Below, one piece after another: positions 7,593 to 16,571 of a stretch of 20,000 nt of DNA. Position numbers and translations under genes: made by a program. The DNA is from Bacteriovoracaceae bacterium (lineage in GTDB: Bacteria > Bdellovibrionota > Bacteriovoracia > Bacteriovoracales > Bacteriovoracaceae), in contig JABIHA010000080.1 in the NCBI GenBank assembly GCA_018649885.1, forward strand, positions 46,621 through 66,620, read 5' to 3'. A model generated the notes under the pieces. It saw only the letters and a list, made by a program, of their open reading frames with translations. It searched no databases and was not told where the DNA came from. The number at the start of each line of letters is the position of its first letter. Positions within the stretch are counted from its first letter, which is position 1.

Positions 7593-8467
7593 GTGTGCTC
7601 AGCAAGGGGATTGTTGCAGGCAGTTATATCATCGGGATTTTCAATCATTTTGAGAAATGGTTTTCTATAAGGCCTTGCAATTCCATGGAATACTTCAATA
7701 TGGCCAACTTTTTCTATGGCCCAAAAGCATTTTGGAGATTTTAATACCTTGAATATTTCTTCGCCAAATTTATAGGGGACAACCTTGTCGTTGGGTCCAT
7801 GCATCACCAGTGTTTTTACATTGGGGAATAGATGCATGGTATTTTTTGAGGCGAACTTATCGTCAAATAATACAAAGGCCAAAGGAGAGAAGGGCGTCAG
7901 GAGCCAGGACTCTTTCATTTTAGAAAATGCCATTTGACGATAACTGGAAAAAGTTGAATCCAGTACGATTAAATCAATTTTAGATTTGAGCCTAAAATCA
8001 ACGAGCGATCTGGCCAGCACCATGCCCCCTAGGCTTTGGCCAAATGCTATAATCTTTTTAGCGCCAATTTTCTCTTTAAGCTTAAAAGAAAACTCTAATG
8101 CAGATAATGCATCTTTGTAGACTGCCTTATGGTCTGGAATACCGGCCGATCTTCCATAACCTCTATAATCCCAAATCAGCACATCCACATCATGCTCAGT
8201 CAGCCAGGCGAGAGAGGGAAAATGATTAGTAAGATTCATGCCATTACCATGAAAGTGAACTACGAGTGCTTTTGGAGGTGTCGATTTTTTATTTTTCAGG
8301 TGCCAATAGTGGAGAGGAGTGCCATCTTCTGATGAAAAAAAACCGGAGTTATAATTGATTCCAAATTCCTTGGGATCACCATACTTGACTTTATTAGGGG
8401 CATAGAAAAAGTGACCACAGCCTCCCAATGTCAAAATAATCAGAAATTTAAAAGTGGTAGATAACAC
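7589..8467 (-). CDS. Alpha/beta-fold serine hydrolase lipoprotein (YfhR/ABHD13-like)
   Basis: HFHGNG oxyanion region, DYRGYGRS, nucleophile GQSLGG, HGPNDKVVP (Asp) and GH (His). Probable start is GTG 8467 (AAGGA 7 nt upstream), giving signal MLSTTFKFLIILTLGG|C with a lipobox; the ORF track start is 8518. Confidence 0.88.
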   Translation of the reverse strand: MLSTTFKFLIILTLGGCGHFFYAPNKVKYGDPKEFGINYNSGFFSSEDGTPLHYWHLKNKKSTPPKALVVHFHGNGMNLTNHFPSLAWLTEHDVDVLIWDYRGYGRSAGIPDHKAVYKDALSALEFSFKLKEKIGAKKIIAFGQSLGGMVLARSLVDFRLKSKIDLIVLDSTFSSYRQMAFSKMKESWLLTPFSPLAFVLFDDKFASKNTMHLFPNVKTLVMHGPNDKVVPYKFGEEIFKVLKSPKCFWAIEKVGHIEVFHGIARPYRKPFLKMIENPDDITACNNPLAEHT

Positions 8468-10355
8468 CAAGTTTTCCTTCACGGTAAGTTTTATTGCTGT
8501 GACTATCAGGAATGACATGAGTGAGCATCATTCTCGCTTCATAGCTTTGCCCAAATGAATAAGAGCTACCTAACGTCGTGCTGTAAATGGGTTTCATTTT
8601 TTTATTGGTATTGACGTTTAAAAATGCTTTTTCACTCAAGTGAATTTTAAATGGTTCAGTGATTTTTATTATAGATCCTGCATTTATTTGAGGTCCATAC
8701 CTGAAAGAGCGATTCAGCTTATTTCCATACTCAAGCTTTCCTTCCAGTAGTCCGTAGAGAGAAAATCTCTTGTCAAAGAAATCAAAATTCATTCCGGCTC
8801 CTGCAAAAAACTGAGGGGAAAGGCATTTATCACAACTTTTATCCTTGGGCTCAGTAGCTAAAAGTCCTGTTGACCAAGAAACAGACATGATCGCCTTGTC
8901 CACAGGAGTGAGAGAGGTGGCGCCAAAAATTTGAATTTCCTCAACTCTAAAATTCTTATCAGTATAGTTATATCTGAAGCGTCCAGAGAGAAACTCAATT
9001 TGAGAGTTTTTTGGATAACCTCTATCATCATTTAAAAGATCATGAAGTCCCGATCTAAGTCTCAGTTCTGTGAAATTATCCAATTTATTATTGTTGCCTC
9101 CAAACAGCCATGCTGAGTATCCATTGTGGGATTTATCTGGTCTGGCTTCACTATAGGTATGGAATAATTTTTTCTCTTTATAGTCGGCAACTCCACCTAA
9201 AATGGCCCTACTGACAAGGGCATTTCGAAGACTGTCTTTAAAGACCTTTACGCCGCCGGTTTTGGAAGCAAATGTTTTGTATCTAAGAAAGCTAATATAA
9301 GCTTCAAGTGCCTCTCTATCCTGAGTTTCTTTTGGTTGTATTTTACCGTTAACTAGATCGTAAAAAATTTCTTTTTCATCATCTTTTAGCGCCACTCTTC
9401 TTTTATCCAATAATTTTTGAAGAGATGGTCTATAGGTGACATTAACAACTGAGCCGGGGTAGCGGTCAAAGACCTTGATTGTGTCTGCCGGCAGTACATA
9501 AAAAGGAAAGCCTGAGGTCAAATCCCAATCTGGTTTAGCGACTTCAATTAAAGTTAGTAGCTGGTAGGCGCAGTTTTCATCAATGAAGAAGTATTTAAAT
9601 CTATTGTTGTAACCAAGCTCCCAAAAGTGGGCCATCATTCTTGTTAGCTCATCTTTTTTTAAATCGAGGTGGTATTCCCATATATCTCGACTTTCTGATT
9701 TGGTGTATTCATTTAATTTTTCATAGTAAGGCTTTAGTGAGAAGTCTCCCCAATACCCACCTGTCAGTCCATAGACTGCAAACATCAAGCCCCCATTCAT
9801 ATCAGCGGAGGCGGCAAAACTAATTCCATAGTCTGAGATTCTTCCATCCGAGTCTTTTAATTCCTCTAAAGGGACAGAGTTGAGCTTTAAGAAAGTGTGA
9901 CCAAATATAGAGGCAGGGTTTCCAGCGTAGTAGCTAGAAAAGACCAGACTGGCACTTTCAGCATTAATGGCCTTCATCCACTGTTCATATTCGGGGCAAG
10001 ATTTCTTGGCAATGGGAAGGGCGAGCTCTTTCATTAGATAGCGAGATCTTTCAGGAAAAGCACATTGTGGGTGAGTTTTTAGCCGACCAACTTCTATATT
10101 TTGGTCCAGTACCGCCACTGATGCCATCATCTCTTTAAAAGCATCAGTCCGACCATCTTTCGAAAAGAAAAAATCATCTCCATCTGCTTGGGATCTGAAC
10201 CCTCTGATACCGGTACGGTAGTGCATAAGTCGGTGCCAATAGAGTTTCCCCGAGAGGCCCTTAATTTTTTTCTCTAATTTCGCGTCTATTTTAAAGGCGT
10301 GGACAGCAGTAGAGTAAACACATAGTAGCAAAGCAATAAGTCTGGCAGTTTTCAC
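8448..10355 (-). CDS. DUF4105 (Lnb N-terminal-like) domain protein with signal peptide and probable C-terminal outer-membrane beta-barrel
   Basis: Signal peptide; W-x-RLMHY, C-x-FPER, PASIFGHTFL, GLTGGY, ESRDIWEY and YFFIDENCAY motifs recognised as DUF4105-type; alternating beta-strand C-terminal third ending in YHF. Confidence 0.82.
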   Translation of the reverse strand: MKTARLIALLLCVYSTAVHAFKIDAKLEKKIKGLSGKLYWHRLMHYRTGIRGFRSQADGDDFFFSKDGRTDAFKEMMASVAVLDQNIEVGRLKTHPQCAFPERSRYLMKELALPIAKKSCPEYEQWMKAINAESASLVFSSYYAGNPASIFGHTFLKLNSVPLEELKDSDGRISDYGISFAASADMNGGLMFAVYGLTGGYWGDFSLKPYYEKLNEYTKSESRDIWEYHLDLKKDELTRMMAHFWELGYNNRFKYFFIDENCAYQLLTLIEVAKPDWDLTSGFPFYVLPADTIKVFDRYPGSVVNVTYRPSLQKLLDKRRVALKDDEKEIFYDLVNGKIQPKETQDREALEAYISFLRYKTFASKTGGVKVFKDSLRNALVSRAILGGVADYKEKKLFHTYSEARPDKSHNGYSAWLFGGNNNKLDNFTELRLRSGLHDLLNDDRGYPKNSQIEFLSGRFRYNYTDKNFRVEEIQIFGATSLTPVDKAIMSVSWSTGLLATEPKDKSCDKCLSPQFFAGAGMNFDFFDKRFSLYGLLEGKLEYGNKLNRSFRYGPQINAGSIIKITEPFKIHLSEKAFLNVNTNKKMKPIYSTTLGSSYSFGQSYEARMMLTHVIPDSHSNKTYREGKLGVIYHF

Positions 10356-10388
10356 GTAGATTTTTCCTGAAAAAATTGATCAGAAATA

Positions 10389-10417
10389 ATTCTGGCAGGC
10401 TGTCATAGGTGTGTAAA
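10389..10417 (-). promoter_or_regulatory. Candidate internal promoter for the DUF4105-hydrolase genes
   Basis: Minus strand TTTACA-17nt-CAGAAT with an extended -10 TGn, just downstream of the terminator. Confidence 0.45.
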
Positions 10418-10432
10418 GGAGAGTATTTGATC

Positions 10433-10462
10433 AAAAAAAAGGGACCCCGCAAGAGATCCCTT
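10433..10462 (-). terminator. Rho-independent terminator after the DUF3015 gene
   Basis: Minus strand AAGGGATCTC-TTGC-GGGGTCCC-TTTTTTTT, about 23 nt after the stop codon. Confidence 0.88.
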
Positions 10463-10485
10463 CAATATTATCTGAAATTTAACTA

Positions 10486-10929
10486 TTATACGCGAGTACA
10501 GTAGCTTCTGGCAGCTTTAAGAAGCTGTGCAGGAGTGGTATTTTCAGACTTAATGATGCTGTGGTAGTTGCTTTGAACAGCTTTACTGAATGAAGTTGAA
10601 TCACAACCCATTGTAGCAGCAAATCCATTTAAGTACTCACCTTGACCAAGTGCCATTTCAACAACTAGGTTTTCATAGTTGGCTTCAGCAAAATAAAGTG
10701 GTGCAGCGTCATTTTTAACAATAGAGTGTCTAGTACATCCTAAAGTTCCAGAGGTCATTCCAAATGTGTTTGGAACCACTGAGTTTGTTGTCCCTCTAGT
10801 AGTTGTAGCAACTAGAGAAAGTTTTTTGGTTACTTGCCAGCCAAGACCACAGCCATCTGACTTGTCTTCTGCAAAGCTTGAAAGTGAAAATAGTGAAGCC
10901 ACAACAGCTACGATTAATAATTTTTTCAT
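10486..10929 (-). CDS. DUF3015 family secreted protein
   Basis: Signal peptide MKKLLIVAVVASLFSLSSFA; GCGLG, TFGMTSGTLGC, EMALGQGEYL and MGC motifs. Start at ATG 10929 has AAGGAGG upstream; the ORF track start is 10953. Confidence 0.88.
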   Translation of the reverse strand: MKKLLIVAVVASLFSLSSFAEDKSDGCGLGWQVTKKLSLVATTTRGTTNSVVPNTFGMTSGTLGCTRHSIVKNDAAPLYFAEANYENLVVEMALGQGEYLNGFAATMGCDSTSFSKAVQSNYHSIIKSENTTPAQLLKAARSYCTRV

Positions 10930-11183
10930 CCTATTCCTCCTTGAATGATACAAAATGATTCATTAATTCTTTTAAGTATTTAAGATTATACTTATTTTAC
11001 TGCTCTTTTAAATCATTTTTTGAGATAAAATGAGCTGTGTTGAATTTCTTAATGAATGGAAGTGTTGGATAATCTCCTAGCGTTTTTGGCCGGTACCAGT
11101 AGAAAAAAACCAATTAATTTGCTATGTTTACGTCCCACAAGTGTATCCAATTGACTGTGTGTTTATTTAGGTGAGGTTGAGTA

Positions 11184-14100
11184 ATGAGTAGTGAGGCAGA
11201 AGGTAGTAGTTTTTCGTTTGTTGAGGCAGAGCATAAAGTGCTCAAATACTGGGACGAGAACAAGATTTTTAAAAAATCTTTGGAAAATACTGCCGACGCG
11301 GCACCTTATATTTTCTATGATGGCCCTCCCTTTGCCACAGGGCTTCCCCATCATGGCCACCTTGTAGGTGGCACTCTTAAAGATATAATACCCAGGTATT
11401 TCACTATGAAAGGGCGCTATGTTGAAAGACGCTTTGGTTGGGATTGCCATGGGCTACCGGTGGAAAATGAGATTGATAAAAAGCTGGGAATGTCGGCCCT
11501 TGAAGCGGTAGAAAAGCTGGGAGTAGGTGGATACAACGATGAGTGCCGGGGAATTGTCTCTCGCTATACCAAAGAGTGGGAAAAAACAGTCACCAGAATG
11601 GGCAGGTGGGTTGATTTTGAAAATGACTATAAAACTATGGATCCCACTTTTATGGAGAGTGTGTGGTGGGTATTCAAAACTTTATGGGACAAGGATCTCA
11701 TCTATAAGGGCAAAAAAGTGGTTCCGTTTTCCACTGCTCTACACACAACCCTTTCAAATTTTGAAGCTGCATTAAACTATAAAGATATTACTGATCAGGC
11801 CGTCACAGTGCTCTTTAAGGCACGCGGAGAAGATGCCTACTTTGCTGCTTGGACCACCACTCCATGGACCCTTCCCTCAAATTTGTGCCTATGCGCTGGG
11901 GCAGATATTGATTATGTTCTAGTTAGTGACCCGGATGTGGACCTTCCTTACTATTTAGCTGCCGCCAGAATGGACTATTACGGTAAGAAGAAAGAACTTA
12001 AAGTGTTAAAAGAGCTAAAAGGATCAGATTTATTAGGTAATAAATTCGAACCCCTATTACCTTACTTCGGGGAGCTTGAAAAAGAAGGCTGTTTTCAGGT
12101 TCTCAACGATGGATACGTAACCACAGAAAGTGGGACGGGAATAGTTCATATTGCTCCAGGCTTCGGTGAGGATGACTTTAGGGTTATGAGTGAAGCTGGA
12201 ATCAAATCCATCGTCTGCCCAGTTAACAATCTAGGGAAATTTACCAGTGAAGTTGATGATCTAGTCGACGTTTACGTCAAAGACGCCGATAAAGAGATAA
12301 TCAAAAGACTAAAAAGTGAAGGGAAGTTCTTAGAGCAAAGTAGTTATAATCACAGCTATCCTTTTTGCTATAGGACAGACACTCCACTGATCTATAAGGC
12401 GGTGCCTTCTTGGTATGTGAAGGTTGAACAGATCAGAGACAAAATGGTCAAAAATAACCAGCAAGTTAACTGGGTCCCCAATCATTTAAAAGATGGCAGG
12501 TTTGGCAATTGGCTAGCGGGTGCCAGAGATTGGTCAATATCCAGAACCAGAGTGTGGGGTAACCCTCTCCCGGTCTGGATAAATGATGTAAATGAAAAGG
12601 CCATTTGCGTGGGCTCAACTAGTGAGCTTAAAGAGCTATCAGGACAATGTCCTGCAGACTTGCACCGAGAGAATGTGGATGGAATAACTTTTACTATTGA
12701 TGGAGAAGAGGGGACATATCACCGTGTACCAGATGTACTAGACTGTTGGTTTGAGTCTGGCTCAATGCCCTATGCCCAACTTCATTACCCATTTGAGAAT
12801 AAAGAAGTGTTTGAGGGAGGTTTTCCTGCCGAGTTTATCGCTGAAGGGCTCGATCAAACAAGAGGCTGGTTTTATACCCTCAATGTTCTCTCTACGGCCC
12901 TATTTGATAAACCTGCTTTTAAAAATGTCATTGTTAACGGAATGATTCTCGCAGGGGATGGCAAGAAAATGAGCAAGTCTCTTCGAAATTATACAGCTCC
13001 TGATGATCTGATGGAAGAATATGGGGCTGACGCTCTAAGGTTGACCTTAATCACCTCCGGACTTGTGAAAGCAGAGGATATGCGCTTCACAGACGATGGT
13101 GTCAGGGACATGGTCAGGCGTGCACTTCTTCCATGGTTTAATGCTTTTAAATTTTTTCAAACCTATGCAGAGGTAGATGGATGGAATCCAAAAGATCATT
13201 TTAAGCAGGGTGATAATATTCTGGATTCTTGGCTGATCTCAAGACTTCAATCTCTTGTTCAAACTGTAGATGAACAAATGGAAGCCTATCAACTATATAA
13301 TGTGATTCCTGCTCTTTTTAGCTTTATAGAAGATCTTACTAATTGGTATATCAGACTCAATAGGAGAAGATTTTGGGAAGAGGGATTATCTGATGATAAG
13401 CAAATTGCCTACTCTGCTCTTTATCAAACACTTTTAACTCTTTCTAAGCTAATGGCACCACTGGCGCCCTTCTTATCAGAGCATATTTTTCTTGAACTAA
13501 AGAAAATGGGGGCCATAAGTGAGGAGTCAGTTCATCTTTGCCGGTACCCTGCCTCCGATTCGAGTGTGATAAATAGTGTACTCGAAGATGCAGTGGATAG
13601 AATGATCCAAGTTTTACTACTGGGAAGGCAAAAGCGGATCTCTGTAAAGATAAAAGTTAAAACGCCTCTTTCAAAGCTTGTTGTGATTCACAAAGAGCAA
13701 AAAATCTTAGATGAGATAAAAAAGCTTGAAAGGTATATAAAAACTGAACTCAATGTAAAAGATGTATCTTACTCTCTGAATGAGGATCAATTTATCACTT
13801 TATTCGCAAAACCAAATTCGCCTGTTCTTGGCAAAAAGATGGGAAAGAAGTTTGGACTCGTGAGAAAAGAAATTGAGGCCTTGCCAAGCACCACACTTGC
13901 CCAAATAGAAGCTGGCGAGAGTGTTGAAATTTGTGATGAGAAAATGGGAGCCAGTGAAATCCTTATTTTTAGAGAGGCAAAAGAAGGCACAGGGGCGATG
14001 TCCAATAGATTCATTTCTATTGAGCTTGATTGCACCCTGACTGATGAGCTTGTCTTAGAGGGATTAGCACGGGAAGTTGTCAACAGGGTTCAAAAAACTC

Positions 14101-14303
14101 GTAAAGAGAAAGGTTTTAATGTCAGTGACCGCATTAAACTTGAATTTTCTGGTGATGAGAAAATAGTTAAGGCGATCAACGGATATTCTGATTACATAAA
14201 AGGTGAAACTCTTTGTGACAGCATGACAGATCACCCAGGTGTGAGTGGTGAAAGTTTTACAGTTGATGGACTTGATCTTACTTTAAAAATTGAAAGAGTT
14301 TAA
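11184..14303 (+). CDS. ileS: Isoleucine--tRNA ligase, type 2 (eukaryote-like IleRS2)
   Basis: DGPPFATGLPHHGH (HIGH), GWDCHGLP, WTTTPWTLPSN, GTGIVHIAPGFGEDD, WSISRTRVWG, EGLDQTRGWF and KMSKS. Long C-terminus with EGLAREVVNRVQ and no C-terminal zinc finger. Confidence 0.98.
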   Translation: MSSEAEGSSFSFVEAEHKVLKYWDENKIFKKSLENTADAAPYIFYDGPPFATGLPHHGHLVGGTLKDIIPRYFTMKGRYVERRFGWDCHGLPVENEIDKKLGMSALEAVEKLGVGGYNDECRGIVSRYTKEWEKTVTRMGRWVDFENDYKTMDPTFMESVWWVFKTLWDKDLIYKGKKVVPFSTALHTTLSNFEAALNYKDITDQAVTVLFKARGEDAYFAAWTTTPWTLPSNLCLCAGADIDYVLVSDPDVDLPYYLAAARMDYYGKKKELKVLKELKGSDLLGNKFEPLLPYFGELEKEGCFQVLNDGYVTTESGTGIVHIAPGFGEDDFRVMSEAGIKSIVCPVNNLGKFTSEVDDLVDVYVKDADKEIIKRLKSEGKFLEQSSYNHSYPFCYRTDTPLIYKAVPSWYVKVEQIRDKMVKNNQQVNWVPNHLKDGRFGNWLAGARDWSISRTRVWGNPLPVWINDVNEKAICVGSTSELKELSGQCPADLHRENVDGITFTIDGEEGTYHRVPDVLDCWFESGSMPYAQLHYPFENKEVFEGGFPAEFIAEGLDQTRGWFYTLNVLSTALFDKPAFKNVIVNGMILAGDGKKMSKSLRNYTAPDDLMEEYGADALRLTLITSGLVKAEDMRFTDDGVRDMVRRALLPWFNAFKFFQTYAEVDGWNPKDHFKQGDNILDSWLISRLQSLVQTVDEQMEAYQLYNVIPALFSFIEDLTNWYIRLNRRRFWEEGLSDDKQIAYSALYQTLLTLSKLMAPLAPFLSEHIFLELKKMGAISEESVHLCRYPASDSSVINSVLEDAVDRMIQVLLLGRQKRISVKIKVKTPLSKLVVIHKEQKILDEIKKLERYIKTELNVKDVSYSLNEDQFITLFAKPNSPVLGKKMGKKFGLVRKEIEALPSTTLAQIEAGESVEICDEKMGASEILIFREAKEGTGAMSNRFISIELDCTLTDELVLEGLAREVVNRVQKTRKEKGFNVSDRIKLEFSGDEKIVKAINGYSDYIKGETLCDSMTDHPGVSGESFTVDGLDLTLKIERV

Positions 14304-14318
14304 TCACAGAGGGTCTTT

Positions 14319-14936
14319 ATGTTAGCAGCTACTTTCATTATTTCTCTTTTTCTTAACAGTGCTGATGGTGTATCTGCAGAGGCTGAGAAATCTCTACTGA
14401 CTGAAAGCACAGTGAACTCACAGCAAAATGATTTTGGCGCAGAAGCGTCCACTTTCTTTTGGACTATTCCAAATAGTCAAAGTGATTACGACAGTGAGTT
14501 TATTGGAGCAAAACTTGGAGTTAAATATCACCTCGACTCTGGCACCTATATTACAAGTTCACTCGTTTTTGGACAAAATAGACTGGTAAAAGATAGTGGA
14601 GAGCTAGGTCATCAAAATGGATTTGGTATTGATATTGAGATATCAAAAAATATTGCCCTGTTTTCTAATGGCCTAGGACTTTTGGTAGGCGGAGAGATAT
14701 TTGCTGTAAAATCACTTTATCCACAAAGAAGTTATTCCGGAAGTGAGGGGTACTCTGCCGATGCACTTGCTCAGGGGGCACTTTTCTTTGCCTGTCCAAG
14801 TTTTACCAGTGGTACCTATAATGTGAGTTTATGTGGAGAAGCTGGACCTGCAAGGGTGGCAGAACTTGGAGAGAGTCCATTTGTTAAATCTGCTTTGGGT
14901 CTTGGGCTCAGTCTAAAACTTGCATACTTTCTATAG
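14319..14936 (+). CDS. Hypothetical secreted protein, possible small outer-membrane beta-barrel
   Basis: Hydrophobic N-terminus, Gly/aromatic alternating strands, C-terminal LGLSLKLAYFL; starts 15 nt after the ileS stop with AGAGGG upstream. Confidence 0.7.
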   Translation: MLAATFIISLFLNSADGVSAEAEKSLLTESTVNSQQNDFGAEASTFFWTIPNSQSDYDSEFIGAKLGVKYHLDSGTYITSSLVFGQNRLVKDSGELGHQNGFGIDIEISKNIALFSNGLGLLVGGEIFAVKSLYPQRSYSGSEGYSADALAQGALFFACPSFTSGTYNVSLCGEAGPARVAELGESPFVKSALGLGLSLKLAYFL

Positions 14937-14944
14937 TGATATAC

Positions 14945-16399
14945 TTATTCAATTGTATTAAGCTTACAACCATTTCCTAGGACATTTCCGACCAGCTTAT
15001 TTTTGAAGATAAGCTCATTAAGGTTATTGGCCTTCGATTTTACTCCGCAGCCTTCATTTTCCATGATGATATTTCCACTTATGTGAGTGATGTAATCACT
15101 AGTGATGTAGAGGCCGTCACCTTTGTTTCTTTTGATGACATTTCTTTGAATTTCAACTGAGCTACTTTTAATATACTCAATGCCACTTGCCATATTATCA
15201 CTCACAGCATTTTCGTAGATACCCACTTTACCACTTGAATTAATGATAATTCCAGCATCGAGGCCATGGGAAATAAAGTTTTGAATGACATCGGCTTGGG
15301 CCTTTCCTTTGACAGTTATCCCTGTAAAGATGCTTGATTCAACAGTATTATTTCTAAGGGTAGAGGTTGATCTTCTTCTTACTAAAATTCCCTGGTTATT
15401 ATCTCTCAAGGTATTGTTCTCAACAATTGAGCGGGCACTATCTGTGACGTAAATGGCACTGCCTCCTACGCTACTAATGTTATTTCCTTTTACAATAGAA
15501 CTTGTTTCACCCTTAAAAAGCAGACCATAAGCAGAGCTTGTAATTATATTATCAAGAATAATAGGTCTAGAGGTCCCTTTAGTTAAAACTGCCCAAGACA
15601 TGGCCTTTTTAAAAGTATTGCCAATAATTGTAGGCCTTGAAGGCCCCTGAATAGAAACACAGCTTAGAAGGCAATCACTGAATAGGTTGGAATTGAGTTC
15701 AGGAACTGCATCATTTGAAATAAGTACACCGATATGTTTAGGCCCAATAATTTCATTTTTAAGATACTGTCCTGAAGCGTTGTCTGTGATGTAGATTCCA
15801 ACGCCTTGTGAATTTCGAATAACATTGCCCACTAATATTGGAGATGAGTCGTTTCTGACAGAAAAGACCTCGCCACTGGCATTTGGAAATTCATTATCAA
15901 TGAAAACGGGTCTACTAAAATTCTTAATTGAGACAATTGTTCGGCCACCAATAAACTCATTGTTATGAAAGATTCCCTTAGCATGGGAAGTTGTTAATAC
16001 ATTTATTTTCCCTTTGGATCTAAGACGACAGTTTTCAATTAGATGACCTGTACCTTTTTGCAGATGCACTACTAGCCCTGCTCTGGAATGAGTTTTGAGG
16101 GTGAGATTTTTAACGTGAACATCTTTGCCAGAAATAGTTAGTACCGGACCGGGCTTGTCGCTTTCTATGGTGGCCAGGCTTCCATCTTCTGGGCCTTGAA
16201 TTGTGACTTCGTTTGAAAGAAAAAGGGGACCTTTGTGAGTACCGGTTTTTAAAATGATAACTTCGCCCACTTTAGCGCTTTTAATTATATCTCTTAGGTA
16301 TGGTCCCTTGGGTGATGACTCAGGCATGGCCACAAGGGCCGCTTTCGAAGCAATAGAATAAAAACAAACAAATAACACCACAACTGCTAAAATTTTCAA
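14945..16399 (-). CDS. Secreted right-handed parallel beta-helix repeat protein (PbH1/NosD/CASH-like)
   Basis: Signal peptide; ~23-aa repeats of the form GI-x-I...P-x-I-x-x-N-x-I-x-x-N along the whole protein; TTG start with AGGAGG RBS. Confidence 0.88.
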   Translation of the reverse strand: MKILAVVVLFVCFYSIASKAALVAMPESSPKGPYLRDIIKSAKVGEVIILKTGTHKGPLFLSNEVTIQGPEDGSLATIESDKPGPVLTISGKDVHVKNLTLKTHSRAGLVVHLQKGTGHLIENCRLRSKGKINVLTTSHAKGIFHNNEFIGGRTIVSIKNFSRPVFIDNEFPNASGEVFSVRNDSSPILVGNVIRNSQGVGIYITDNASGQYLKNEIIGPKHIGVLISNDAVPELNSNLFSDCLLSCVSIQGPSRPTIIGNTFKKAMSWAVLTKGTSRPIILDNIITSSAYGLLFKGETSSIVKGNNISSVGGSAIYVTDSARSIVENNTLRDNNQGILVRRRSTSTLRNNTVESSIFTGITVKGKAQADVIQNFISHGLDAGIIINSSGKVGIYENAVSDNMASGIEYIKSSSVEIQRNVIKRNKGDGLYITSDYITHISGNIIMENEGCGVKSKANNLNELIFKNKLVGNVLGNGCKLNTIE

Positions 16400-16429
16400 G
16401 CGTATCCTCCTGGAATTGTAGGAGACATG

Positions 16430-16459
16430 ATACTAGTGTGAGTGAAGCGAAATAGTCAA
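16430..16459 (-). promoter_or_regulatory. Candidate sigma70 promoter for the beta-helix gene
   Basis: Minus strand TTGACT-18nt-TAGTAT upstream of the AGGAGG RBS. Confidence 0.4.
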
Positions 16460-16571
16460 GATTAATGCTCTGTGGAGCAGGAAATGTGGCATAGTGGCAA
16501 AAAGATCTTATTTGTCATAAAAAAATAAATTATGCTTAAGGCCATGGTCATAACAGGTCGAAATTAAGTGC

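Noticed and set aside
8468..8518. Longer N-terminus of the alpha/beta hydrolase from ATG 8518
   Set aside because: It overlaps DUF4105 by about 70 nt; GTG 8467 has an RBS and gives a normal-length lipoprotein signal peptide.
10958..11057. 9-bp inverted repeat ATTCATTAA / TTAATGAAT in the divergent intergenic region
   Set aside because: Very AT-rich and about 80 nt apart; plausible by chance, with no target duplication or other MITE evidence.
10954..11183. T-box leader upstream of ileS
   Set aside because: No AGGGTGGNACCGCG-type T-box sequence and no terminator hairpin before the start codon.
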